From the NCBI GenBank assembly GCA_964057225.1, contig OZ059899.1:12338001-12402000 (forward strand): a DNA stretch of 64,000 bases, given 5' to 3'. Under the pieces are notes generated by a model. It saw only the letters and a list, made by a program, of their open reading frames with translations. It was not told the origin of the DNA and did not search any database. Positions 1 to 14,300 of this stretch are shown here, one piece after another. Origin of the DNA: Auanema rhodensis (Eukaryota; Animalia; Nematoda). Both the position numbers and the translations under genes were made by a program. Positions within the stretch are counted from its first letter, which is position 1, and every line of letters begins with the position of its first letter.

Positions 1-283
1 ATTTATTTTGTTACTTCTTAATGCAACCAGTTTTGCAATAATTTGCAAAAAAATGAATAGTTCTTCACGTACTTATGCTAATGAGTTCACGTAATTCATA
101 TTATATTTGAAAAAAAAAACAATTTTACAAACTAAGGTTCATGATCCTTGTGCAGAATGTCATCCCTGGAGTATCCAAGCTAAAGAATAGAATTAGTTGC
201 AACTCAAAAATAAGAAGAATGCAAGGGGAGACGAATGAAATAATTGTAACTGCTCTTGGGGATAGAAAAGCATTACGAACTTA

Positions 284-1972
284 TTATGAACTACTTACAC
301 AAACTTCAGCATTATGCCCATAGGTTCGTAACAAGTTTTGATGATAATTCTGCATAGACTTGGCTTATTTGTGAAGTTTTTATTGAAAACTATTACCTCA
401 AGAGCCTTTTTAGCTTTAACTGTTAATGATAAACTGTATAGCCGACGAAATGGTATTCGTCTAACTCCAGGGTGTGTATTGAAAACTTTATTTACAACAA
501 CAAATTTATATCCTAAACAGCATAATTGGCTTATCTGTAAGACATGATTAAAGTTTTGAATGTTTAATTAACATTTTCAATTTTAAAATCGAATAACATA
601 CAAGTGTTGCTTGATTTCTCATACCATATGGTATTTCCTCATGATGTAAAGGTAAACTAGCATGTGATAGAAACATTGGTTCCCATGTTGTAGTATTATG
701 ATCTTCATAATTTGTTATTTCACTGATTAATTGATCAGTTTGAATACTTAAATATTCAAATTTAAATTAATTCTATGATGGTAGTGATGGAGGGGGGGGG
801 GATGAAACTCCACTTACCTTTTCTTTATCCAATTGTCTATGTTAGTTACATTATGAGCTTCTGCAAAGGTAAAACCATGGAATTGAAATGTTGTTTTTCC
901 ATACACAATCGATAATTCTTTTACCGTTTTTGGTATTCTGTAAATCTATAGGTGTATTTGATATTATGATGAATATCTTATATGGATATATACCTGCTTC
1001 CAATTTCATATTCAAATCGTGGAACTATAAAAACAACACGTCTATTATTCATCTGAGAATATTTAGAAATAACTTGTTGCAACAACTTTTCAGCATCTTT
1101 TGAGAAAACTTGCTCTAGATCAGCTTGAAGAAAGTATTCAGAATTATCAAACTGAAGATAGAATAGATTAAACCTTAGAAGGAAAGTGTAAATAAAACAA
1201 TAAGACTAGAAAAACGATAGCGAACCTTTCTAGCTATGTTCCTGGCCACATTTACAGGATAATATTCCAATAAAGGTTTAAAATTAATTGAATCCAATTG
1301 AAATATTCTATTGCAATTTATAGTTTCAGCAAAATCTAACGATAAAAAGATTTCATTGCGAATTTCAACTTGATGAACTTATTACTAATTTCGAAATTTG
1401 TACATGAGATATTAGAAGTTTGCAAATAGAACACATGAACCGATAAAAAATCATAAAGTTTTGGATTGCAATGGTAAATTTGTTGGAGCTAAAATTCAAT
1501 TTCACACTAAAATTCAGGTTTGAACTCATAATTACCTTTTGAATCGTTTGTTCTATGGTTGGCTTCAAATGCATTGGATGTCGAATAGAACTGTCGCTAT
1601 ACACAGCTAAAACTGCTCTCCCATCCCAACTATTTAATGTTTTCAATAATTTGTCATCTAAAACAAATTATAAATTAACAAAAAAAATAGAAAAATTACT
1701 TAACAGATCAGGAGTAGCATGAAGCATCATGGGAATATTTTCCTTTCGTTCATAACTTCTGAATAAATATGGAAGAACACAGAAATTATTATAAGTAACA
1801 GGTTGATAAAGCCTAATATTCAAAGGGTTCAACTGAAATGTCATATTTATTTGAACGTAAACCAATGAATACATACGTCAGTTTCAGTTCTATCAGATTT
1901 CAGATGAAATAACATTAATGACAATAGTAGTATGCTCGAAAATAAATAAAAAAATATTCTATGGTTTTTCAT
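284..1972 (-). CDS. Host GT49-family glycosyltransferase (B4GAT1/LARGE-like), type II membrane protein, about 396 aa, 10 exons
   Basis: Manually spliced exons: 1877-1972, 1700-1832, 1536-1657, 1386-1488, 1226-1335, 994-1151, 818-937, 602-746, 397-534, 284-349 (1191 nt). All introns are GT-AG, 42-74 nt, with consistent phases. The product has an N-terminal hydrophobic anchor and GT49 motifs WDGRAVLAVY, YPVNVARNIAR, ADLE, FIVPRFE, WEPMF and LCCLGYKFVVVNKVFNTHPG. Confidence 0.88.
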
Positions 1973-2146
1973 AATTTTATGAGAATTAAACAGAAAATTT
2001 CATTTTTATCTATGACAACATGTATATCAGAGAACAAGCTATATAAATAGAAAAAAACTAAAAGATACAGAATTTAACGATAGACGACAAATGGATTTAA
2101 TACATAATGTTCACAGTTTTTGGACAGATGGAACAACTTCAACTAT

Positions 2147-2200
2147 TGAGATAGTCGAGCAGTCTCTTCGGAGGCGTGGGTTCGAATCCCAATCTCATCA
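2147..2200 (+). pseudogene. Degenerate first tRNA-Leu unit lacking the anticodon arm
   Basis: TGAGATAGTCGAGC (cf. TGAGATGGCCGAGC) joins directly to AGTCTCTTCGG...CCCAATCTCATCA. This is a 26-nt internal deletion plus point changes. Confidence 0.8.
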
Positions 2201-2285
2201 GAATCCTTTTATTATATAAAACATTTTGATATATACGAAGGGTCGATCGGGATTATTTGATTATCAAGAGTTTCAACTGACAACA

Positions 2286-2367
2286 GGTGAGATGGCCGAG
2301 CGGTCTAAGGCGCTGGTTTAAGGCACCAGTCTCTTCGGAGGCGTGGGTTCGAATCCCACTCTCATCA
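2286..2367 (+). tRNA. tRNA-Leu(AAG), first intact copy, representative of about 217
   Basis: 82-nt cloverleaf: acceptor GGTGAGA/TCTCATC plus discriminator A, D arm GCC...GGC, anticodon stem CTGGT/ACCAG with loop TT-AAG-GC, long variable arm CTC-TTCG-GAG, T arm GTGGG-TTCGAAT-CCCAC. No intron and no encoded CCA. Confidence 0.97.
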
Positions 2368-2373
2368 GAATCC

Positions 2374-2377
2374 TTTT
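2374..2377 (+). terminator. Pol III T4 terminator (representative; present in almost every unit, with a second T4/T5 run about 17 nt further on)
   Basis: TTTT lies 7-10 nt after the discriminator base. Confidence 0.8.
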
Positions 2378-5300
2378 ATTATATAAAACATTTTGATATA
2401 TACGAAGGGTCGATCGGGATTATTTGATTATCAAGAGTTTCAACTGACAACAGGTGAGATGGCCGAGCGGTCTAAGGCGCTGGTTTAAGGCACCAGTCTC
2501 TTCGGAGGCGTGGGTTCGAATCCCACTCTCATCAGAATCCTTTTATTGTATAAAACATTTTGATATATACGAAGGGTCGATCGGGATCATTTGGTTATCA
2601 AGAGTTTCAACAGACAACAGGTGAGATGGCCGAGCGGTCTAAGCCGCTGGTTTAAGGCACCAGTCTCTTCGGAGGCGTGGGTTCGAATCCCACTCTCATC
2701 AGAATCCTTTTATTGTATAAAACATTTTGATATATACGAAGTGTCGACAAGAACCATTTGAGCATCAAGAGTTTCAACAGAGAACAGGTGAGATGGCCGA
2801 GCGGTCTAAGGCGCTGGTTTAAGGCACCAGTCTCTTCGGAGGCGTGGGTTCGAATCCCACTCTCATCAGAATCCTTTTATTATATAAAACATTTTGATAT
2901 ATACGAAGGGTCGACAAGAACCATTTGAGCATCAAGAGTTTCAACAGACAACAGGTGAGATGGTCGAGCGGTCTAAGGCGCTGGTTTAAGGCACCAGTCT
3001 CTTCGGAGGCGTGGGTTCGAATCCCACTCTCATCAGAATCCTTTTATTATATAAAACATTTTGATATATACGAAGGGTCGATCGGGATCATTTGATTATC
3101 AACAGTTTCAACAGACAACAGGTGAGATGGCCGAGCGGTCTAAGCCGCTGGTTTAAGGCACCAGTCTCTTCGGAGGCGTGGGTTCGAATCCCACTCTCAT
3201 CAGAATCCTTTTATTGTATAAAACATTTTGATATATACGAAGTGTCGACAAGAACCATTTGAGCATCAAGAGTTTCAACAGACAACAGGTGAGATGGCCG
3301 AGCGGTCTAAGGCGCTGGTTTAAGGCACCAGTCTCTTCGGAGGCGTGGGTTCGAATCCCACTCTCATCAGAATCCTTTTATTGTATAAAACATTTTGATA
3401 TATACGAAGGGTCGATCGGGATCATTTGATTATCAAGAGTTTCAACAGACAACAGGTGAGATGGCCGAGCGGTCTAAGGCGCTGGTTTAAGGCACCAGTC
3501 TCTTCGGAGGCGTGGGTTCGAATCCCACTCTCATCAGAATCCTTTTATTATATAAAACATTTTGATATATACGAAGGGTCGATCGGGATCATTTGTTTAT
3601 CAAGAGTTTCAACAGACAACAGGTGAGATGGCCGAGCGGTCTAAGGCGCTGGTTTAAGGCACCAGTCTCTTCGGAGGCGTGGGTTCGAATCCCACTCTCA
3701 TCAGAATCCTTTTATTATATAAAACATTTTGATATATACGAAGGGTCGACAAGAACCATTTGAGCATCAAGAGTTTCAACAGACAACAGGTGAGATGGCC
3801 GAGCGGTCTAAGGCGCTGGTTTAAGGCACCAGTCTCTTCGGAGGCGTGCGTTCGAATCCCACTCTCATCAGAATCCTTTTATTATATAAAACATTTTGAT
3901 ATATACGAAGGGTCGACAAGAACCATTTGAACATCAAGAGTTTCAACTGACAACAGGTGAGATGGCCGAGCGGTCTAAGGCGCTGGTTTAAGGCACCAGT
4001 CTCTTCGGAGGCGTGGGTTCGAATCCCACTCTCATCAGAATCCTTTTATTGTATAAAACTTTTTGATATATACGAAGGGTCGATCGGGATCATTTGATTA
4101 TCAAGAGTTTCAACAGACAACAGGTGAGATGGCCGAGCGGTCTAAGGCGCTGGTTTAAGGCACCAGTCTCTTCGGAGGCGTGGGTTCGAATCCCACTCTC
4201 ATCAGAATCCTTTTATTGTATAAAACTTTTTGATATATACGAAGGGTCGATCGGGATCATTTGATTATCAAGAGTTTCAACAGACAACAGGTGAGATGGC
4301 CGAGCGGTCTAAGGCGCTGGTTTAAGGCACCAGTCTCTTCGGAGGCGTGGGTTCGAATCCCACTCTCATCAGAATCCTTTTATTATATAAAACATTTTGA
4401 TATATACGAAGGGTCGATCGGGATTATTTGATTATCAAGAGTTTCAACTGACAACAGGTGAGATGGCCGAGCGGTCTAAGGCGCTGGTTTAAGGCACCAG
4501 TCTCTTCGGAGGCGTGGGTTCGAATCCCACTCTCATCAGAATCCTTTTATTATATAAAACATTTTGATATATACGAAGGGTCGATCGGGATTATTTGATT
4601 ATCAAGAGTTTCAACTGACAACAGGTGAGATGGCCGAGCGGTCTAAGGCGCTGGTTTAAGGCACCAGTCTCTTCGGAGGCGTGGGTTCGAATCCCACTCT
4701 CATCAGAATCCTTTTATTGTATAAAACATTTTGATATATACGAAGGGTCGATCGGGATCATTTGGTTATCAAGAGTTTCAACAGACAACAGGTGAGATGG
4801 CCGAGCGGTCTAAGCCGCTGGTTTAAGGCACCAGTCTCTTCGGAGGCGTGGGTTCGAATCCCACTCTCATCAGAATCCTTTTATTGTATAAAACATTTTG
4901 ATATATACGAAGTGTCGACAAGAACCATTTGAGCATCAAGAGTTTCAACAGAGAACAGGTGAGATGGCCGAGCGGTCTAAGGCGCTGGTTTAAGGCACCA
5001 GTCTCTTCGGAGGCGTGGGTTCGAATCCCACTCTCATCAGAATCCTTTTATTGTATAAAACTTTTTGATATATACGAAGGGTCGATCGGGATCATTTGAT
5101 TATCAAGAGTTTCAACAGACAACAGGTGAGATGGCCGAGCGGTCTAAGGCGCTGGTTTAAGGCACCAGTCTCTTCGGAGGCGTGGGTTCGAATCCCACTC
5201 TCATCAGAATCCTTTTATTATATAAAACATTTTGATATATACGAAGGGTCGATCGGGATTATTTGATTATCAAGAGTTTCAACTGACAACAGGTGAGATG

Positions 5301-8300
5301 GCCGAGCGGTCTAAGGCGCTGGTTTAAGGCACCAGTCTCTTCGGAGGCGTGGGTTCGAATCCCACTCTCATCAGAATCCTTTTATTATATAAAACATTTT
5401 GATATATACGAAGGGTCGATCGGGATTATTTGATTATCAAGAGTTTCAACTGACAACAGGTGAGATGGCCGAGCGGTCTAAGGCGCTGGTTTAAGGCACC
5501 AGTCTCTTCGGAGGCGTGGGTTCGAATCCCACTCTCATCAGAATCCTTTTATTGTATAAAACATTTTGATATATACGAAGGGTCGATCGGGATCATTTGG
5601 TTATCAAGAGTTTCAACAGACAACAGGTGAGATGGCCGAGCGGTCTAAGCCGCTGGTTTAAGGCACCAGTCTCTTCGGAGGCGTGGGTTCGAATCCCACT
5701 CTCATCAGAATCCTTTTATTGTATAAAACATTTTGATATATACGAAGTGTCGACAAGAACCATTTGAGCATCAAGAGTTTCAACAGAGAACAGGTGAGAT
5801 GGCCGAGCGGTCTAAGGCGCTGGTTTAAGGCACCAGTCTCTTCGGAGGCGTGGGTTCGAATCCCACTCTCATCAGAATCCTTTTATTATATAAAACATTT
5901 TGATATATACGAAGGGTCGACAAGAACCATTTGAGCATCAAGAGTTTCAACAGACAACAGGTGAGATGGTCGAGCGGTCTAAGGCGCTGGTTTAAGGCAC
6001 CAGTCTCTTCGGAGGCGTGGGTTCGAATCCCACTCTCATCAGAATCCTTTTATTATATAAAACATTTTGATATATACGAAGGGTCGATCGGGATCATTTG
6101 ATTATCAACAGTTTCAACAGACAACAGGTGAGATGGCCGAGCGGTCTAAGGCGCTGGTTTAAGGCACCAGTCTCTTCGGAGGCGTGGGTTCGAATCCCAC
6201 TCTCATCAGAATCCTTTTATTATATAAAACATTTTGTTATATACGAAGTGTCGACAAGAACCATTTGAGCATCAAGAGTTTCAACAGACAACAGGTGAGA
6301 TGGCCGAGCGGTCTAAGGCGCTGGTTTAAGGCACCAGTCTCTTCGGAGGCGTGGGTTCGAATCCCACTCTCATCAGAATCCTTTTATTGTATAAAACATT
6401 TTGATATATACGAAGGGTCGACAAGAACCATTTGAGCATCAAGAGTTTCAACAGACAACAGGTGAGATGGCCGAGCGGTCTAAGGCGCTGGTTTAAGGCA
6501 CCAGTCTCTTCGGAGGCGTGGGTTCGAATCCCACTCTCATCAGAATCCTTTTATTATATAAAACATTTTGATATATACGAAGGGTCGACAAGAACCATTT
6601 GAGCATCAAGAGTTTCAACAGACAACAGGTGAGATGGCCGAGCGGTCTAAGGCGCTGGTTTAAGGCACCAGTCTCTTCGGAGGCGTGGGTTCGAATCCCA
6701 CTCTCATCAGAATCCTTTTATTGTATAAAACATTTTGATATATACGAAGGGTCGACAAGAACCATTTGAGCATCAAGAGTTTCAACAGACAACAGGTGAG
6801 ATGGCCGAGCGGTCTAAGGCGCTGGTTTAAGGCACCAGTCTCTTCGGAGGCGTGGGTTCGAATCCCACTCTCATCAGAATCCTTTTATTGTATAAAACAT
6901 TTTGATATATACGAAGGGTCGACAAGAACCATTTGAGCATCAAGAGTTTCAACTGACAACAGGTGAGATGGCCGAGCGGTCTAAGGCGCTGGTTTAAGGC
7001 ACCAGTCTCTTCGGAGGCGTGGGTTCGAATCCCACTCTCATCAGAATCCTTTTATTGTATAAAACTTTTTGATATATACGAAGGGTCGATCGGGATCATT
7101 TGATTATCAAGAGTTTCAACAGACAACAGGTGAGATGGCCGAGCGGTCTAAGGCGCTGGTTTAAGGCACCAGTCTCTTCGGAGGCGTGGGTTCGAATCCC
7201 ACTCTCATCAGAATCCTTTTATTGTATAAAACTTTTTGATATATACGAAGGGTCGATCGGGATCATTTGATTATCAAGAGTTTCAACAGACAACAGGTGA
7301 GATGGCCGAGCGGTCTAAGGCGCTGGTTTAAGGCACCAGTCTCTTCGGAGGCGTGGGTTCGAATCCCACTCTCATCAGAATCCTTTTATTGTATAAAACT
7401 TTTTGATATATACGAAGGGTCGATCGGGATCATTTGATTATCAAGAGTTTCAACAGACAACAGGTGAGATGGCCGAGCGGTCTAAGGCGCTGGTTTAAGG
7501 CACCAGTCTCTTCGGAGGCGTGGGTTCGAATCCCACTCTCATCAGAATCCTTTTATTATATAAAACATTTTGATATATACGAAGGGTCGACAAGAACCAT
7601 TTGAGCATCAAGAGTTTCAACAGACAACAGGTGAGATGGCCGAGCGGTCTAAGGCGCTGGTTTAAGGCACCAGTCTCTTCGGAGGCGTGGGTTCGAATCC
7701 CACTCTCATCAGAATCCTTTTATTATATAAAACATTTTGATATATACGAAGGGTCGACAAGAACCATTTGAGCATCAAGAGTTTCAACTGACAACAGGTG
7801 AGATGGCCGAGCGGTCTAAGGCGCTGGTTTAAGGCACCAGTCTCTTCGGAGGCGTGGGTTCGAATCCCACTCTCATCAGAATCCTTTTATTGTATAAAAC
7901 TTTTTGATATATACGAAGGGTCGATCGGGATCATTTGATTATCAAGAGTTTCAACAGACAACAGGTGAGATGGCCGAGCGGTCTAAGGCGCTGGTTTAAG
8001 GCACCAGTCTCTTCGGAGGCGTGGGTTCGAATCCCACTCTCATCAGAATCCTTTTATTGTATAAAACTTTTTGATATATACGAAGGGTCGATCGGGATCA
8101 TTTGATTATCAAGAGTTTCAACAGACAACAGGTGAGATGGCCGAGCGGTCTAAGGCGCTGGTTTAAGGCACCAGTCTCTTCGGAGGCGTGGGTTCGAATC
8201 CCACTCTCATCAGAATCCTTTTATTGTATAAAACTTTTTGATATATACGAAGGGTCGATCGGGATCATTTGATTATCAAGAGTTTCAACAGACAACAGGT

Positions 8301-11300
8301 GAGATGGCCGAGCGGTCTAAGGCGCTGGTTTAAGGCACCAGTCTCTTCGGAGGCGTGGGTTCGAATCCCACTCTCATCAGAATCCTTTTATTGTATAAAA
8401 CTTTTTGATATATACGAAGGGTCGATCGGGATCATTTGATTATCAAGACTTTCAACAGACAACAGGTGAGATGGCCGAGCGGTCTAAGGCGCTGGTTTAA
8501 GGAACCAGTCTCTTCGGAGGCGTGGGTTCGAATCCCACTCTCATCAGAATCCTTTTATTGTATAAAACATTTTGATATATACGAAGGGTCGATCGGGATC
8601 ATTTGGTTATCAAGAGTTTCAACAGACAACAGGTGAGATGGCCGAGCGGTCTAAGCCGCTGGTTTAAGGCACCAGTCTCTTCGGAGGCGTGGGTTCGAAT
8701 CCCACTCTCATCAGAATCCTTTTATTGTATAAAACATTTTGATATATACGAAGTGTCGACAAGAACCATTTGAGCATCAAGAGTTTCAACAGAGAACAGG
8801 TGAGATGGCCGAGCGGTCTAAGGCGCTGGTTTAAGGCACCAGTCTCTTCGGAGGCGTGGGTTCGAATCCCACTCTCATCAGAATCCTTTTATTATATAAA
8901 ACATTTTGATATATACGAAGGGTCGACAAGAACCATTTGAGCATCAAGAGTTTCAACAGACAACAGGTGAGATGGTCGAGCGGTCTAAGGCGCTGGTTTA
9001 AGGCACCAGTCTCTTCGGAGGCGTGGGTTCGAATCCCACTCTCATCAGAATCCTTTTATTATATAAAACATTTTGATATATACGAAGGGTCGACAAGAAC
9101 CATTTGAGCATCAAGAGTTTCAACAGACAACAGGTGAGATGGTCGAGCGGTCTAAGGCGCTGGTTTAAGGCACCAGTCTCTTCGGAGGCGTGGGTTCGAA
9201 TCCCACTCTCATCAGAATCCTTTTATTATATAAAACATTTTGATATATACGAAGGGTCGATCGGGATCATTTGATTATCAACAGTTTCAACAGACAACAG
9301 GTGAGATGGCCGAGCGGTCTAAGGCGCTGGTTTAAGGCACCAGTCTCTTCGGAGGCGTGGGTTCGAATCCCACTCTCATCAGAATCCTTTTATTATATAA
9401 AACATTTTGTTATATACGAAGTGTCGACAAGAACCATTTGAGCATCAAGAGTTTCAACAGACAACAGGTGAGATGGCCGAGCGGTCTAAGGCGCTGGTTT
9501 AAGGCACCAGTCTCTTCGGAGGCGTGGGTTCGAATCCCACTCTCATCAGAATCCTTTTATTGTATAAAACATTTTGATATATACGAAGGGTCGACAAGAA
9601 CCATTTGAGCATCAAGAGTTTCAACAGACAACAGGTGAGATGGCCGAGCGGTCTAAGGCGCTGGTTTAAGGCACCAGTCTCTTCGGAGGCGTGGGTTCGA
9701 ATCCCACTCTCATCAGAATCCTTTTATTATATAAAACATTTTGATATATACGAAGGGTCGACAAGAACCATTTGAGCATCAAGAGTTTCAACAGACAACA
9801 GGTGAGATGGCCGAGCGGTCTAAGGCGCTGGTTTAAGGCACCAGTCTCTTCGGAGGCGTGGGTTCGAATCCCACTCTCATCAGAATCCTTTTATTGTATA
9901 AAACATTTTGATATATACGAAGGGTCGACAAGAACCATTTGAGCATCAAGAGTTTCAACAGACAACAGGTGAGATGGCCGAGCGGTCTAAGGCGCTGGTT
10001 TAAGGCACCAGTCTCTTCGGAGGCGTGGGTTCGAATCCCACTCTCATCAGAATCCTTTTATTGTATAAAACATTTTGATATATACGAAGGGTCGACAAGA
10101 ACCATTTGAGCATCAAGAGTTTCAACTGACAACAGGTGAGATGGCCGAGCGGTCTAAGGCGCTGGTTTAAGGCACCAGTCTCTTCGGAGGCGTGGGTTCG
10201 AATCCCACTCTCATCAGAATCCTTTTATTGTATAAAACTTTTTGATATATACGAAGGGTCGATCGGGATCATTTGATTATCAAGAGTTTCAACAGACAAC
10301 AGGTGAGATGGCCGAGCGGTCTAAGGCGCTGGTTTAAGGCACCAGTCTCTTCGGAGGCGTGGGTTCGAATCCCACTCTCATCAGAATCCTTTTATTGTAT
10401 AAAACTTTTTGATATATACGAAGGGTCGATCGGGATCATTTGATTATCAAGAGTTTCAACAGACAACAGGTGAGATGGCCGAGCGGTCTAAGGCGCTGGT
10501 TTAAGGCACCAGTCTCTTCGGAGGCGTGGGTTCGAATCCCACTCTCATCAGAATCCTTTTATTGTATAAAACTTTTTGATATATACGAAGGGTCGATCGG
10601 GATCATTTGATTATCAAGAGTTTCAACAGACAACAGGTGAGATGGCCGAGCGGTCTAAGGCGCTGGTTTAAGGCACCAGTCTCTTCGGAGGCGTGGGTTC
10701 GAATCCCACTCTCATCAGAATCCTTTTATTATATAAAACATTTTGATATATACGAAGGGTCGACAAGAACCATTTGAGCATCAAGAGTTTCAACAGACAA
10801 CAGGTGAGATGGCCGAGCGGTCTAAGGCGCTGGTTTAAGGCACCAGTCTCTTCGGAGGCGTGGGTTCGAATCCCACTCTCATCAGAATCCTTTTATTATA
10901 TAAAACATTTTGATATATACGAAGGGTCGACAAGAACCATTTGAGCATCAAGAGTTTCAACTGACAACAGGTGAGATGGCCGAGCGGTCTAAGGCGCTGG
11001 TTTAAGGCACCAGTCTCTTCGGAGGCGTGGGTTCGAATCCCACTCTCATCAGAATCCTTTTATTGTATAAAACTTTTTGATATATACGAAGGGTCGATCG
11101 GGATCATTTGATTATCAAGAGTTTCAACAGACAACAGGTGCGATGGCCGAGCGGTCTAAGGCGCTGGTTTAAGGCACCAGTCTCTTCGGAGGCGTGGGTT
11201 CGAATCCCACTCTCATCAGAATCCTTTTATTGTATAAAACTTTTTGATATATACGAAGGGTCGATCGGGATCATTTGATTATCAAGAGTTTCAACAGACA

Positions 11301-14300
11301 ACAGGTGAGATGGCCGAGCGGTCTAAGGCGCTGGTTTAAGGCACCAGTCTCTTCGGAGGCGTGGGTTCGAATCCCACTCTCATCAGAATCCTTTTATTGT
11401 ATAAAACTTTTTGATATATACGAAGGGTCGATCGGGATCATTTGATTATCAAGAGTTTCAACAGACAACAGGTGAGATGGCCGAGCGGTCTAAGGCGCTG
11501 GTTTAAGGCACCAGTCTCTTCGGAGGCGTGGGTTCGAATCCCACTCTCATCAGAATCCTTTTATTATATAAAACATTTTGATATATACGAAGGGTCGACA
11601 AGAACCATTTGAGCATCAAGAGTTTCAACAGACAACAGGTGAGATGGCCGAGCGGTCTAAGGCGCTGGTTTAAGGCACCAGTCTCTTCGGAGGCGTGGGT
11701 TCGAATCCCACTCTCATCAGAATCCTTTTATTATATAAAACATTTTGATATATACGAAGGGTCGACAAGAACCATTTGAGCATCAAGAGTTTCAACAGAC
11801 AACAGGTGAGATGGCCGAGCGGTCTAAGGCGCTGGTTTAAGGCACCAGTCTCTTCGGAGGCGTGGGTTCGAATCCCACTCTCATCAGAATCCTTTTATTG
11901 TATAAAACTTTTTGATATATACGAAGGGTCGATCGGGATCATTTGATTATCAAGAGTTTCAACAGACAACAGGTGAGATGCCCGAGCGGTCTAAGGCGCT
12001 GGTTTAAGGCACCAGTCTCTTCGGAGGCGTGGGTTCGAATCCCACTCTCATCAGAATCCTTTTATTGTATAAAACATTTTGATATATACGAAGGGTCGAT
12101 CGGGATCATTTGATTATCAAGAGTTTCAACAGACAACAGGTGAGATGGCCGAGCGGTCTAAGGCGCTGGTTTAAGGCACCAGTCTCTTCGGAGGCGTGGG
12201 TTCGAATCCCACTCTCATCAGAATCCTTTTATTATATAAAACATTTTGTTATATACGAAGTGTCGACAAGAACCATTTGAGCATCAAGAGTTTCAACAGA
12301 CAACAGGTGAGATGGCCGAGCGGTCTAAGGCGCTGGTTTAAGGCACCAGTCTCTTCGGAGGCGTGGGTTCGAATCCCACTCTCATCAGAATCCTTTTATT
12401 GTATAAAACATTTTGATATATACGAAGGGTCGACAAGAACCATTTGAGCATCAAGAGTTTCAACAGACAACAGGTGAGATGGCCGAGCGGTCTAAGGCGC
12501 TGGTTTAAGGCACCAGTCTCTTCGGAGGCGTGGGTTCGAATCCCACTCTCATCAGAATCCTTTTATTGTATAAAACATTTTGATATATACGAAGGGTCGA
12601 CAAGAACCATTTGAGCATCAAGAGTTTCAACAGACAACAGGTGAGATGGCCGAGCGGTCTAAGGCGCTGGTTTAAGGCACCAGTCTCTTCGGAGGCGTGG
12701 GTTCGAATCCCACTCTCATCAGAATCCTTTTATTATATAAAACATTTTGTTATATACGAAGTGTCGACAAGAACCATTTGAGCATCAAGAGTTTCAACAG
12801 ACAACAGGTGAGATGGCCGAGCGGTCTAAGGCGCCGGTTTAAGGCACCAGTCTCTTCGGAGGCGTGGGTTCGAATCCCACTCTCATCAGAATCCTTTTAT
12901 TATATAAAATATTTTGATATATACGAAGGGTCGACAAGAACCATTTGAGCATCAAGAGTTTCAACAGACAACAGGTGAGATGGCCGAGCGGTCTAAGGCG
13001 CTGGTTTAAGGCACCAGTCTCATCGGAGGCGTGCGTTCGAATCCCACTCTCATCAGAATCCTTTTATTATATAAAACAGTTTGATATATACGAAGGGTCG
13101 ACAAGAACCATTTGAACATCAAGAGTTTCAACTGACAACAGGTGAGATGGCCGAGCGGTCTAAGGCGCTGGTTTAAGGCACCAGTCTCTTCGGAGGCGTG
13201 GGTTCGAATCCCACTCTCATCAGAATCCTTTTATTGTATAAAACTTTTTGATATATACGAAGGGTCGATCGGGATCATTTGATTATCAAGAGTTTCAACA
13301 GACAACAGGTGAGATGGCCGAGCGGTCTAAGGCGCTGGTTTAAGGCACCAGTCTCTTCGGAGGCGTGGGTTCGAATCCCACTCTCATCAGAATCCTTTTA
13401 TTGTATAAAACTTTTTGATTTATACGAAGGGTCGATCGGGATCATTTGATTATCAAGAGTTTCAACAGACAACAGGTGAGATGGCCGAGCGGTCTAAGGC
13501 GCTGGTTTAAGGCACCAGTCTCTTCGGAGGCGTGGGTTCGAATCCCACTCTCATCAGAATCCTTTTATTATATAAAACATTTTGATATATACGAAGGGTC
13601 GACAAGAACCATTTGAGCATCAAGAGTTTCAACAGACAACAGGTGAGATGGCCGAGCGGTCTAAGGCGCTGGTTTAAGGCACCAGTCTCTTCGGAGGCGT
13701 GGGTTCGAATCCCACTCTCATCAGAATCCTTTTATTATATAAAACATTTTGATATATACGAAGGGTCGATCGGGATCATTTGTTTATCAAGAGTTTCAAC
13801 AGACAACAGGTGAGATGGCCGAGCGGTCTAAGGCGCTGGTTTAAGGCACCAGTCTCTTCGGAGGCGTGGGTTCGAATCCCACTCTCATCAGAATCCTTTT
13901 ATTATATAAAACATTTTGTTATATACGAAGTGTCGACAAGAACCATTTGAGCATCAAGAGTTTCAACAGACAACAGGTGAGATGGCCGAGCGGTCTAAGG
14001 CGCTGGTTTAAGGCACCAGTCTCTTCGGAGGCGTGGGTTCGAATCCCACTCTCATCAGAATCCTTTTATTGTATAAAACATTTTGATATATACGAAGGGT
14101 CGACAAGAACCATTTGAGCATCAAGAGTTTCAACTGACAACAGGTGAGATGGCCGAGCGGTCTAAGGCGCTGGTTTAAGGCACCAGTCTCTTCGGAGGCG
14201 TGGGTTCGAATCCCACTCTCATCAGAATCCTTTTATTGTATAAAACTTTTTGATATATACGAAGGGTCGATCGGGATCATTTGATTATCAAGAGTTTCAA

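Noticed and set aside
141-1103. Plus-strand ORFs at the left end
   Set aside because: They overlap the spliced minus-strand GT49 gene or its 3' flank and have no motifs of their own.
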